Assembly: GCF_009914755.1 (NCBI RefSeq)
Contig: NC_060928.1
From: the human T2T-CHM13v2.0 reference genome, Homo sapiens
Strand: one strand, 5' to 3'
DNA length: 64,000 bases
In this document: positions 34,149 to 49,589 of the stretch, one piece after another
How the letters are laid out: each line of letters starts with the position of its first letter
How positions within the stretch are numbered: the first letter of the stretch is position 1
Notes under the pieces: model-generated
Told to the model about the DNA's origin: nothing
Database searches by the model: none
The model's input: only the letters and a program-made list of their open reading frames with translations
Position numbers and translations under genes: made by a program

Positions 34149-35569
34149 ATTTTTTACCTTAAGCTGAGATTTCTTTCTCAGTTGATCACCTTTTAAAAGT
34201 TAATTTTGTATTAAATTTTGTTTCGTTTTCTTAAGAAATAATGTTCAGAGTAATTCATAGGAGTCATTGCATTGGAAAATTGAATGAAGAACCAAAAATC
34301 TAAGATTCTAATATAAGATGGTCAATTGGATTCTGAATATCTGGAGACCATTTTTCTTCATACCAGCAATGGGAGACTGTGAATCTAAATTGCATTACAA
34401 GCAAAATACAGAATATGATGTACCATAAACTTTTAGGGTTATATGGGAAGAGATAAAAATTTAAATTTAAAACTTTATAAATATTGAGTCCACCAAATGA
34501 CATAATTGGTTAAAAAATAAGAGTTAAAGAAGTAATACTAGTTATTCGATTTCCTCATTAGGAGAGGCTGCAAGGGTGAAATGAAATGATTTGAAGATTA
34601 TTCAGAAATGTTTTACAACAAAAAAAGGTGATAACTCAATAATGTATACATACTGACAGTTGGTTTCACAAACAGTGCGCTAACCCACAAGTTATTAGTA
34701 ATATAATGAGTCTGAAGACTGTCAATTAGGTAATAATGATAAACAGCTGCAGAAAACTGTATTGTCCATGTTCTCCATTATTATGAAAATGTAGAGAAAA
34801 AAATCGTAAGACTTGGTGATTAGTCCATAAATATGTTATATATGAGGAATATATTGCTAAATTTTATAATTCTTTTTTTCTGTGTGCAGCTAGATGACAC
34901 TGCTGTTGTTGACCCAGCTGCCTTTTTTAAGTCAGGAGAGAATTGGGAGTTTTGCTGTGCTAATTGCAACACATGACAGCTGAAATATATATAATACTAT
35001 AAAATACTATAAAACTATGGCTTCTTTTCATATTTATGTTATCTGTCTGTTTCTGCGATAAAAATAGCTAAAAGTTTAAAAATGTGAAGTATTAAAAACT
35101 TTCTCTAAGACAATTTGCTTTTTGTCAGAAAATGTTTATTGGGCACCTGTTCTTTACTGGTCACTAATAAAGACTGCATGGCTATATTTTCAGATATCCT
35201 ATGGGAATGGATAATTTTCTTTTAACTAATCACGCAGAGAAAGGTGTAATTGGTTTTGAGAACCTGAATAAAGCAAGCTGGTTTTTGTGCCGCTTCTAAT
35301 CTTAAATCAGTCAACTCACCAGTTCAATGTATGCTTATGTCAAACAAAAGTTATCTATAGTATTCACTGGATGCTGAATATTTGTTATCATTAAATGTTT
35401 GTTTTCCTATTCTTTATTTATGTTTCCTTAAGCTATAGTGGATGAAATTCTATAACCACATGTGCATGTTTTTTCCATCAATACTGTGCTTCTTAAAGAA
35501 GTGTTGTTGTTGCTTTTGTTACCTTTATAACAATTTAAATGCAAGTACTTAGGTTATCAAGTATTTGAA

Positions 35570-35775
35570 AATAAATACTTGGATCTGAAACTCAGCTTTG
35601 ATACTGACTCATTTTAAGAAATTGGAGAAATTTGTTTCCTTTTTCTAAGCTTCAATTTCCAAATATGCCCAATGGGAATTAAAACATCTGCTCACTCTAC
35701 CTCACAAGTAGATATCAGGAGCAAATTAAATGACATTTTGGAAAATGCTTTGTAAATTACAATAAAATGTGAAGC
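35570..35775 (+). mobile_element. MIR
   Basis: tggatctgaaactcagctttgatactgact...ctaagcttcaatttcc...aaatgctttgtaaa. Confidence 0.65.
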
Positions 35776-36369
35776 AGAAGACTCTTAATCATAAGGAATA
35801 TATAACTTGTATATCAGCACATCTAATTTTGCACATATTAAAAATTTCTAAATGGGAATAAACTTTTTAAAGTAACAAGGGGTGCCATTTTATAATTGCT
35901 TCTAACAGTTCACCTCGGTACCAATGGTCAACATGTTTTCTTTAATGTGACTGGTAAATTTAAGATGTTCTGGAGTTCTTTTATAAGTGAAAGTTGATAT
36001 TCTTGCTTCCACATGAAAGGATTATTTCTTTAATTGTCTTTTTTGGGGGGAAATAAACAGGCTCAGAAATCTTCTTTGTTAAGAAAAATGTGTAAAAAGA
36101 GTAATTGCAAATAAGTTATATTTCATAATTTGGAAATTTTCTACACATTTCTAAAATTACAAAAAACGATAAAGAAAAATCATGACTATGAATCTTTAAA
36201 AAATAATATAATAGGTTTCTAGAGTAAATGCAGTATAATTTACAATAATGTAAATATCTATAAAATATTTTACACCTCAGCTTAACATTTGAAGGAGAAA
36301 AGAGGATATATGGTGTAATAATAGAAATGTCATATGAGAGTTTTAAATTTCACATTAAAAAACATATTT

Positions 36370-36776
36370 GATGACTCCCTAGACTTTTCTCCTGCAAGTA
36401 GGCTCCACCCAAAGTGGTCTCTGTCAAATCTTTCAACTAGCCACAGTCTTTTCCATATTGGAGTTTTCACACCTGTTGCCTGGTATATATATTCCAGAAT
36501 ATCTTCTATGTCCTTCTGATATTACATTAAATCTCCTGTTGCATAACATAAATTCGGTCCCTTTTGTATATTTTATCATATTAACCTATAATTTTATTCT
36601 ATTTTTAATATAATTATATTAACTTACATTTTGTGTGATTATTTGTTAATTGTCTGTCTTGAAGGCCTTATACATGAAGGTAGATGCTGTTTAGTTCACT
36701 GTGTTAGTCTCAGCATGCAGCACAATGCCTGGCACATACACAGTGTTCAATGGGCATTTGAATAAATTAATGAATA
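36370..36776 (+). mobile_element. L2 3' end
   Basis: gttcactgtg...gcacaatgcctggcacata...ttgaataaattaatgaat. Confidence 0.75.
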
Positions 36777-37214
36777 CATTAATTATAATGTCTTCTTGTT
36801 TTAGCTCACAGGGATTTATTTGGAAAAAGTATTCTTTAAAAACATTTAAAAATACGTAATGCTGAAAACAAGCCTATTTTTATCTTTGACTAGATTTATT
36901 ACTAAGCGATATATCAATAAGTTTTGCCATTTAGATTTATCAGACTTCCTTGGATAACACCTCCATAGATGTGTGTGATTATTTGTGTTATTATGTAATA
37001 TCATGCTGTAGCATTCCAATTTCCAAACCAACAAATATCCATAAACACTTAAATTATGTATTTCATTGGATTATGTAGCAAAAATTTTATTTAGAGATGA
37101 TTATCAAACTAAATTTGATTTTAATATCTCACACTGTTAATTTTCCAGATTAAATCAGTTCAAATTGTCAAGAACTATGAATGGTCTAAATTTTTTTTTT
37201 TTACTTTTAAGCTA

Positions 37215-37544
37215 ATAATTTATCCTGACACAGTTTCATGAGTACTGGAAGAAGACATGAGATTCATGGATCAGAGACAAGGTATAGCAAGCAGCATGAG
37301 CTTCATACTTGTATCATTCTTTTTGTCCCAAAAGTCCCTTTAGGGCAGTGCAAAGCAGCTCAGGTGAATGCTGCCTACAGTAAACAAACCTGTCCTCTGT
37401 TCCTCAGGGAGATAATATTTCTGTTTTCAAAGACTGTTTGCTACACATATATTCTCGTAAATATGGTCCAGAACTAAAACTGTCAATGCTCTGCTCACCA
37501 GACATGCAAAAACATGAGGGACTCAGGGAAATTTGTCTCCTAAT
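37215..37544 (-). mobile_element. LTR40-like ERVL solo LTR
   Basis: Reverse complement ttaggagacaaatttcc...gcatgtctggtgagcagagcattgac...gtagcaaacag matches the recalled LTR40 start. Confidence 0.65.
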
Positions 37545-38594
37545 GTATTTTTTGATATTAATGTAAATTTTGCAGTTTCTACTTTGGAATAATCACTTTA
37601 TTCATTTTATCTGAGTAGTACGTGTATGTGTCAATTAAAAATTTTTAATTTCAATAGAGTAAATTTGAACCTGCTAAATACTGTACTAGAGAAATTTTAT
37701 ACTGGATTATTGAAACTCTTCTTGCTAGTAAAAAAAAAAGGATAACAATATGAGGTTTAAAAAATTGAAGGTTGGCTTTACTTCTTTCAGATTATATTTC
37801 TACAATCAATCATGTTGCACACATTTGTAAAGTGCCCTGTTGTATGTGTAAAAATAAAGCATGCTGTAAATCACAAAACTGTAGTCTTTATTATAGAATC
37901 TTTAAGCTAGCAACAGAGATAAAGATGACTTAGTCAAAAATGGCACACCATGTATAGCAATGAAAATCAATTATATCGCTTTTTCATTCCCAGCAGGTGT
38001 TGACGGCCTAAGAAGGAAACTGATTCTATCCCTTTGCTACAGCAAAGTTATAGCTTAACTTCGCTTTAAATTTGAGAAACCTGTGGTGATTGCATGACCA
38101 AGGCCAATATATAAAACCCAGGTTTCTAAGATCTAATAAAAGACTGAGCTGAACAAGAAAGTGGGGAGCATCATTTCAGCACAGGCAACAGTTTCCTTAT
38201 CCTGTGGAAACCTAAATTAGAAATCAAATGGAGAGATGTTGAAATTGAAAACTAGGACTCTGCTACAAATTTCTTTCTTGAAATGATAAAGGGAGCCTGC
38301 TGACACATTGATATGAAATTGTTAACATACTTAAATAGATTTCCTCTATAATTTTTTTTATATTTTGGTTGTAGATGAAGTTTTTCTGTGGAGATTTTAT
38401 GTGCTGTAATTTATATCTGGTAATTTCAGGTGCAGATACAACAAAAAATCAACTATGCTAGATCTAGATGCCCAAAGCTATTATATCTAATTTTCACAGA
38501 CCTTTTCTCATTCATAAGGCAAAATGGCCACCACAATTAAATCTTAAGCTTATAGAACATGGATATATAATTAATGGCAACATTACTCAATTCA

Positions 38595-38860
38595 GCATTC
38601 TTCATTTTATCAGAGAATAAACTGAGACACAGATGATCTGCATAATTTGCCCAAGGTCTCAGAGGAAGTGAGGACAAGAAAAGAAAAGATACATATATAT
38701 ATATATGTATCTATATATATGTGTGTGTATATATATATGTGTATATATGTATATATGTGTATATGTGTATATATATGTGTATATGTGTGTATGTGTATAC
38801 ATATATATATATATATATATATGTAACTTCCTGAATCAGTAGATTATGTCATTTATTACG
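38595..38860 (-). mobile_element. MIR containing a (TA/TG)n microsatellite (38687-38824)
   Basis: aaactgagacacaga...taatttgcccaaggtc; alternating purine-pyrimidine tract. Confidence 0.75.
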
Positions 38861-39119
38861 TAAAGGACTGTTTTTGCCTGCAATTTTACATTAATTTATC
38901 AAGAAAATCGAGATATTTTTATTTTCTTTACATTTCTTCATTCATATATTATGCACACACCTAACAAGTATTAATTTATAACCTTCTACGTACACTCTTA
39001 TAGTAAAGCCTTATCACTAAATAGCTAAAATTTAGCAATGTGTTACATGTTTTCATTTATGCATGAAGTTTTAACATCAATTCCCAAATATTTATATAAT
39101 ATAATACCTATTTGGGAAT

Positions 39120-39420
39120 AAACACTATTCAAGGCACTGTATATAGAAGTGAACCAACTAACCAATGAGTTGCCTCCATCAGGAAGCATATTCCAGGGAG
39201 GAGCATCATACAGTGAACACATAGAAATGCTAATTTTGTAGTGCAACAATTATGGTAGGAAAAAAATAGGGTAGGAATGTTACCTTAGATGCAATGGTGA
39301 TAAAAGGTCTCTCTATCAGGAGGTAACTTTCTAACAGAAATAGAAATGTTGAAAAGAAAACAGCCATGGGAGGAGTCAGAAAGCAAAGACCTGGGGAAGG
39401 CCCTCCAAACTCTAATCCCC
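39120..39420 (-). mobile_element. L2 fragment
   Basis: caaggcactgt...tgcctccatcaggaagcatattccag...aaggtctctct...ggaggtaacttt. Confidence 0.55.
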
Positions 39421-40725
39421 AAAAGGAGCGAATGAAAAGGTCAGAGCTGCTGTGGTTAAAACTGCGGATGTCATGAGCACTTAATTCAGGGCTAGATGAG
39501 TTCATCTGAGGAAGTGAAGAGGGTCAAGGCCAAAGCCTCCAAAATCCAGTGGTTGTTACTGGAGGATCCACTGGCAAAAGCCAGAGAGCAGAAATTGTAG
39601 CAGCCATGTGTGGGAAGCCAAGAGAGAAAAGAGTTTCTTCACATTGTGTTCTTTATAATAATTAACAACTTATATTGCAGAATTTCAACCAATTGCAAAA
39701 CAAGTGAAGAAAATAGTCATTCAAAGAACAAAGATCAATTTTAACATTACTTTAGAATAAAGAGAAAGCAATAAGATAAAATATAGAGGAAATGAATTTT
39801 GCATTAATGAATGGAAGTATTGTACTCATGTGAATAAATAAAAATTTATTCCTACTAATGTAGTTTAATAGCAAAGTAATAAAATAACAAAGATTTATTT
39901 CAATCAAAGTATCCATTGTTGTGTTGTTCAGTCAAGGAAAATAAAGTTAGTGGCAGTTTAGAGGTCTAGAAAAGTCAGATTTCTGTGTTTTTGCATTTCA
40001 ACACAACTATTCTGTGACAAGAATAAGTTAATTTGGTGCTTCAAATCCACACTATTAAATTCAACTATTGTGCTCTGACATTCATTAGCCTCCATTAACA
40101 CATTAAAATAGACTTGTGATATAATTTTCTAAATTATTTTAACAGAGACAAAAAGTCATGTAATTCACTTGGGGATGAGAAGTATTAAGGACCAAGTTCC
40201 TTCATTAGCGTATTACTTCAGTGAGGCCATGTTGACGCTATAAAACGTCAGAAGAAATTTCTTTTGTGGACTGAGAAGCTGGTTAACATGAAGTTTAGGG
40301 ATTGGGAGTTGTAGAGAACAGTATTGAAGTGGGATACACAATAGAAACAATTATGTGATTCTTGTCTCAGAATTACCTTCTATAAAATAGGGACCTCAGT
40401 GGTATCAATTATGTTACAAGATTGAATGATTTAATTTGCATAAAATACAAATGTGTCTGTGAATGTAAATGTAATACAATGGTATATTAGTGCTCTTTTT
40501 TTTTTACTAGTTTAACAGTTGTATCTTAAGATAGGTCGAATACTGGAATTCAAACAAGCTTGGAACTAAATTAGATAGTAAGAGATCTTTTAGCCACCTC
40601 AGAGGGTGGCTAATATGTAATAAACCCCAAAGATAATCACAGCATTTCTTGGAATCTAGGACTAATACATGATAATTCACTAATGCGGCACCTCACATAA
40701 TGCTTCCAACATTTAACAATATAGC

Positions 40726-41018
40726 AGCCAGGCGCGGTGGTTCACGCCTGTTATCCCAGCAATTTGGGAGGATGAGGCGGGGGAATCACGAGGTCAAGAA
40801 ATCGAGACCATCCTGGCCAAAATGGTGAAATCTTGTCTCTACTAAAAATACAAAAATTAGTTGGGCATGATGGCGCACGCCGGTAGTCACAGCTCTCGGG
40901 AGGCTGATGCAGGAGAATTGCTTGAACCCAGGAGGCGGAGGTTGCAGGGAGCCGAGATGGTGCCACTGCACTCCAGTCTGGCGACAGAGTGAGTCTCCGT
41001 TTCAAAAAAAAAAAAAAA
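40726..41018 (+). mobile_element. AluSc-like
   Basis: cacgaggtcaagaaatcgagaccatcctggcc, ctggcgacagag. Confidence 0.93.
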
Positions 41019-41819
41019 TGATAATTGTCTAATCATTTAATAAGTACTCAATAGTTGGTAAGGTTGATGATGGTTAGAGAAAGGCAGGAAGAGGGCGATT
41101 AGATAGTGTAGGATGGGAGTGCAGGACCAGGAGACAGGGAGACCGAAGAAAAAAATCTCCAATGACTTCTTCAAATATCATCCACCATAAGAAAACACTT
41201 GAGCGAACCCAAACAAAAAAGTCTCGTTACATTTCACATCTATTCACCTGATCTTTTCTTTAAGGATCACTTTCCCTCAGCATCTTTTAAATTATGAATT
41301 ACACATTGTGTAAAATTTCTGGAACATATTTGGTTTGTGACTGACTAAATTTATAATTATATGAAAGTAAAAAAAGTACCTAAATCTAAAAGTCATGTTT
41401 GACATTTATTTTCTGCTAAACACTTTGAAACAAACTATGCAACATGAATTTCTAATATAGTTTAATTATATACATCACTGACGAAATCATGTTATGTTTA
41501 TTTTATTTCGAATCACTATATATTACATTTCCAAATACATTTTATGTTTGAAGATATACAATTTCTGAGGGTTTAAATAATAAAAACAATAGGCTTAGAA
41601 TAGATTATTTCTATTTAAAATACTTTCTTTTACAATTTATTTAATCTCCCTAAAGTAGGGGGTTCATAGTGCAGTTTTATCTTGGACAGTTCTAAAATCT
41701 TCTGTCATATTTTGAAACTCTAATAATTATTGTACCTCAAAATTACAAAAAACAAACTGATATAATTGGTATGAATGTTAAAGCTTAGGTTTCTGTATGA
41801 ATTCGGAAAAAATTTTCAA

Positions 41820-42010
41820 TCTTGTTCTAGTATGAACCAAATACCTGATGTTTAACAATTGTATGATTCTGAGAAGATAAATTGAGCTCCTTGAATCTGT
41901 TTCCTTATTTTCAAAATAAGGTTAATAAAACTTCCTTCATTTTAAATAAATAAATTGCAGTCAGTAAATCTTCTAATATACTGCCTGTCACAAAACAGGC
42001 CTTCATTAAA
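41820..42010 (+). mobile_element. MIR fragment
   Basis: ttgaatctgtttccttattttcaaaataagg...ctgcctgtcaca. Confidence 0.55.
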
Positions 42011-42567
42011 TCAGAAGTATGAAAAGTAATTTAGCAGAGTGGCAAAAGAAGCAAGGATTCCGAAATCAGAACAACCTTAGAGAGAACTGGAATTCATATA
42101 CAGTGTACTCACTGTGTATGTTTCAAAAATTAAATGACTTCATTGATTATTAAGAGGAAAAATGCTTATGTTGCATGATACATGCACATGAGGTCTCCAG
42201 AACATTGCAAGTAATCACTATAATTTACAATTTGCAATTATATAATTTACAATTATATTCCAACTATCTATGCTGATTAATATATTTTCCATCTATACTC
42301 TCATAGCAACTTATTACTATATTCTAAACACTATACAAAGCATTGTAATTAAAATAATTTTATTCTCAAGGATTAAGTATTCACAATTAAAAAATAATTA
42401 ACAACTTTTTGAAAAGGAGAATTTCAATTTAATATATGAACGCTTAATTATCTATTGCTACCTCTTATGGAACCTCAAATAGAAAAATTCATTGAGATGA
42501 CAGAAACTGTAATCAATCAACAAAGATGAAGTGATCAGGCAGAACATGTAAAGAAATAAAAGCCTTT

Positions 42568-43081
<514 letters not shown>

Positions 43082-43635
43082 TCAAATTTATGTACAACTC
43101 TACAAACACACACACATGCATGTACACGCACACACACACAAACTGCATTTATCAAATGGTATAACTATATCTAGGGTGAAAAAATTATAACTTTTTTCTC
43201 CTTAAATATTAAAATCTTTAAACACGAAAAAGATTTAAAGAGTTTTATTTCCCACAAAAACATGAATTGTTTGATTGTGGGTGTTAAATGCTAAAATGAC
43301 AATGAGATTGAATTCTCCTCACTATATAAAATAAACATTAGAACGAATGCACAAGTATTCTTCATTATTCACAGGGTTGTTATATTTACACTATTATTAT
43401 ATTTCTGACACTATCAATATTTTCTAAAAAATATAAAACCCTTTAATAGGCTAATGTGACAATCTATTTTTAAAATGTAACACAATTCATTTTTCTTCTG
43501 CCAAAAGTTATTTTATTATGTCAAACCCTTTAAAATTACTTGGATTCCACTTGCTACTCAGCAACACATTCTATAATTTTTCCTAGCAAAATGATTTACA
43601 AAAGAGCAACACTTGCTCTTTCTTTTCTGAGTGTT

Positions 43636-43924
43636 TTTTTTTTCTTTTTCTTTTTTTATTTTTTCTTTTTTTGAGATGGGGTTTTGCTCTTGTCACCGAG
43701 GCTGTAGTGCAATGGCGCAATCTCGACTCACTGCAACCTCTGCCTCCTGGGTTCAAGCAATTCTCCTGCCTCAGCCTCCCAAGTAGCTGGGAATTCAGGC
43801 CCTCGCCACCATGCCCGCTAATCTTTTTGTATTTTTAGAGATGGGGTTTCACCATGTTGGCCAGGCTGGTCTCAAACTCCTCACCTCAGGTGATCCACCC
43901 ACCTTGGCCTCCCAAAGTGCTGAG
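43636..43924 (-). mobile_element. AluS lacking its 5' ~30 bp
   Basis: Ends abruptly at cccaaagtgctga. Confidence 0.92.
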
Positions 43925-44234
43925 GAACGTGGAAACACTAGATTGGCTTAGTCTTCCAGCCTACATCTTTCTCTCATTTTGGATGCTTCCTGCCTTTGAA
44001 CACCAGACTCCAGGTTCTTCAGCTTTTGGATTCTTGGACCTTTGGCTGCACTGTCAGCTTCCCTGCTTTTGAGGTTTTGGGACTCAGACTGGCTTCCTTG
44101 CTCCTCAGCTTGCAGACGGCCCATTATGGGACTTCACCTTGTGATTGTGTGAGTCAATACTCCTGAATAAACTCCCCTTTATATATGCATCAATCCTATT
44201 ATCCCTGTCCCTCTAGAGAATCCTGATTAATACA
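43925..44234 (+). mobile_element. MLT2A (ERVL) LTR, 3' half
   Basis: ccagcctacatctttctc...cagactccaggttcttcag...cctcagcttgcagacggcc...ccctctagagaatcctgattaataca. Confidence 0.9.
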
Positions 44235-44455
44235 GAAGGGAATAACACAGATTGTGGCCTATTGGGGGTGGGAGTGGGGTGCAGTGGGGTGAAGAGGACC
44301 AGGATAAATAGGTGGCATGCAGAGCTTAATACATCGGTGACGAGTGGATAGGTGCAGCAAACCACCCTGACACATGTTTACCTATGTAACAAACCTGCAT
44401 ATCCTGCACAGGTACCCTGGAACTTAACATTAAATAAAATAAAAAAACAAAAAGA
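44235..44455 (+). mobile_element. Older L1PA (PA13-16-like) 3' end
   Basis: gataggtgcagcaaaccacc...gtttacctatgtaacaaacctgca...ggaacttaa followed by an A-tail. Confidence 0.85.
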
Positions 44456-45397
44456 AACCAGAGTAACTATAACGTATAATTCTTATTATCTAGTATCCAA
44501 TTACAAATCAATCAGACATGCAAACAGGAAAATGTGTGCAAACTCAGGAGAAAAAGAACAAAATATTTGTCAATAAAAACTTAACTTTTGATGATTTAGC
44601 TATTGCAATAAGTACCAAAAGACCTTAAATAAAGTATTACAAATAGGTTCAAGGACTTAAAGGAAATATAGTCATAAAGAACAGATGGATGATTCAGCTG
44701 AAAAATAAATAATAAATAAATATAAACTCATATTTATATAAATTCATATGTATAAACATATATAGCTAGATAAATTCTGGAGCTTAAAAGTCAATTAGGG
44801 AACTTAAATATCCTTGTAAGTATTTAGTGTAAATTGGTGATGTCACAAAGATATGTCAGTAAACATCAAGGTAGACAAATAGAAATTATGCCACAAATAA
44901 ATTATTCTTACAAAGAGAAAAAGTACTAAAGAAAAGTTAATGGGGTGCTGGAGACCAGAGGAACAATATAAAGTGACAAAACCTATGCAATTATAATACC
45001 AAAGGAGACAAAGATAAAATAGAGATAGAAAAATCATTCTTGGTCTCAAGTTTGAAGGAAGACATCAACTTACAGACCTAAGAAGCTGAAGAAAATTGAA
45101 ACTGGACAAACAGTAAGAAAATCATACCTAGGCAAATCATAATCAAACTGCTGAAATTAAAGGATGAAGAGAAAATATTTAAAACAGCCAGAAGGAAATA
45201 AAAGTGACACATTGCATATAGTGAACAATAATGAGATTGACCACCACATTCCCATTAGGGAGAAACAAAAAAGACCTGAGAATGATGAAATGACATCTTT
45301 AACTCATTCATAGAAAGGAAAGAAAAACTGTGATTATAGAATTATATGTCCAGTGAAAATATTTGTTGCAGATGAAGGTAGAATAAAGACATGTTTA

Positions 45398-47925
<2,528 letters not shown>

Positions 47926-47941
47926 AAGAAATGCTAACAGA

Positions 47942-48255
<314 letters not shown>

Positions 48256-48834
48256 GTGCTAACAGAGTTCTTCAGGATGAAAGCCAATGGCACAAAGTGA
48301 TAATTTAGATATACAGAAATGAATAAAGACACTCAAAATGGTAAATATGTAGGTAAATATAAATGATCAATATTAAAATGATGAATATAACAGAAAGATC
48401 TCATGATTTAAAATTACAAATATATGAAAACCTTTAATAATAGAGATTCAAGATATATGAAGCAAAAACTGACAGAACCTCAGGGAGAAATAGATTCATA
48501 ATCATAATCAATAATTGGTATCACTCCTCCCTCTAGAATAACACAAGTAATAGAGGAAAAGAAAAAAGAAACACAGTAGGAATATAAAATATCAGAATGA
48601 CACTCTTAACCAGTTTGACCAGTATACTCCAAAACTGGAGAAAACATACTCTTGCAAGGTCACATGGGACATTCACAAGATGTACCGTATGGAGGCCATA
48701 AAACAATTCCAGTGCATGAACAAAATTAAATCTTGCAAAGGGTATTTTCTGACCACTGAAGAATTCAATGAAAAATCATTTCCAGAAAACTATCTGAAAA
48801 GTCTCTAAATAGTAGGGATATGGGGATGTAAAGA

Positions 48835-48836
<2 letters not shown>

Positions 48837-48870
<34 letters not shown>
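48837..48870. repeat. (CA)n microsatellite
   Basis: Direct reading. Confidence 0.97.
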
Positions 48871-48877
<7 letters not shown>

Positions 48878-49260
48878 AAATTTGGCCAAAGAAGAAATCA
48901 ATTACAAGTGAAGTTAGAAAATATGTCAAACTAAATAATCATTGAAATATAAGATTTCAAAATATTTAAGCAGCAGCTAATACAGTACATACAAATTTAA
49001 AAGGTTGCAGGAAAGCAAGAGAAATTTAACTTAAACTAGCTAAGATCTCCTCTCAACAAAGTTTTAGAACAAACCAGCAAGTTAAACCCATGATAAATGT
49101 AAGAAGAAATAACAATGACAATAGAAGAAACCAACAAAATAGAATAAAGACAGAAAAGTTAACAAAGCAAAATTTATTTACTTGAAAAGATTGTTAAAAT
49201 TGATAAACTCCCCTAAGATTCATAAAGGAAACATTAAGACAATGGGAATTACCAATATCA

Positions 49261-49589
49261 GGCCAGGCGCAATGGCTCACAGCTGTAATCCTAGCACTTT
49301 GGGAGGGAGGCCAAGGCCAGTGGATCACCTGAGGCCAGGAGTTCGAGACCAGCCTGACCAACATGATGAGACCCTGTCTCTTCTAAAAATACAAAAAAAA
49401 AAAAAAAAAAAAAATAGCTGGCTGTGGTGGTGCATGTCAATATTCCCAGGTACTCGGGAGGCTGAGTCAGGAGGATCCTTGAACCCAGGAGGTGGAGGTT
49501 TCAGTGAGCCAAGATCGCACCACTGCACTCCAGCCTGGCGACAAGCACGAAACTCCCTCTCAAAAAAATAAAATAAAATAAAATAAAAA
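49261..49589 (+). mobile_element. Alu (S/J) with expanded central A-linker
   Basis: Full dimer; TSD ~aattaccaatatca / aatactagtatta. Confidence 0.93.
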
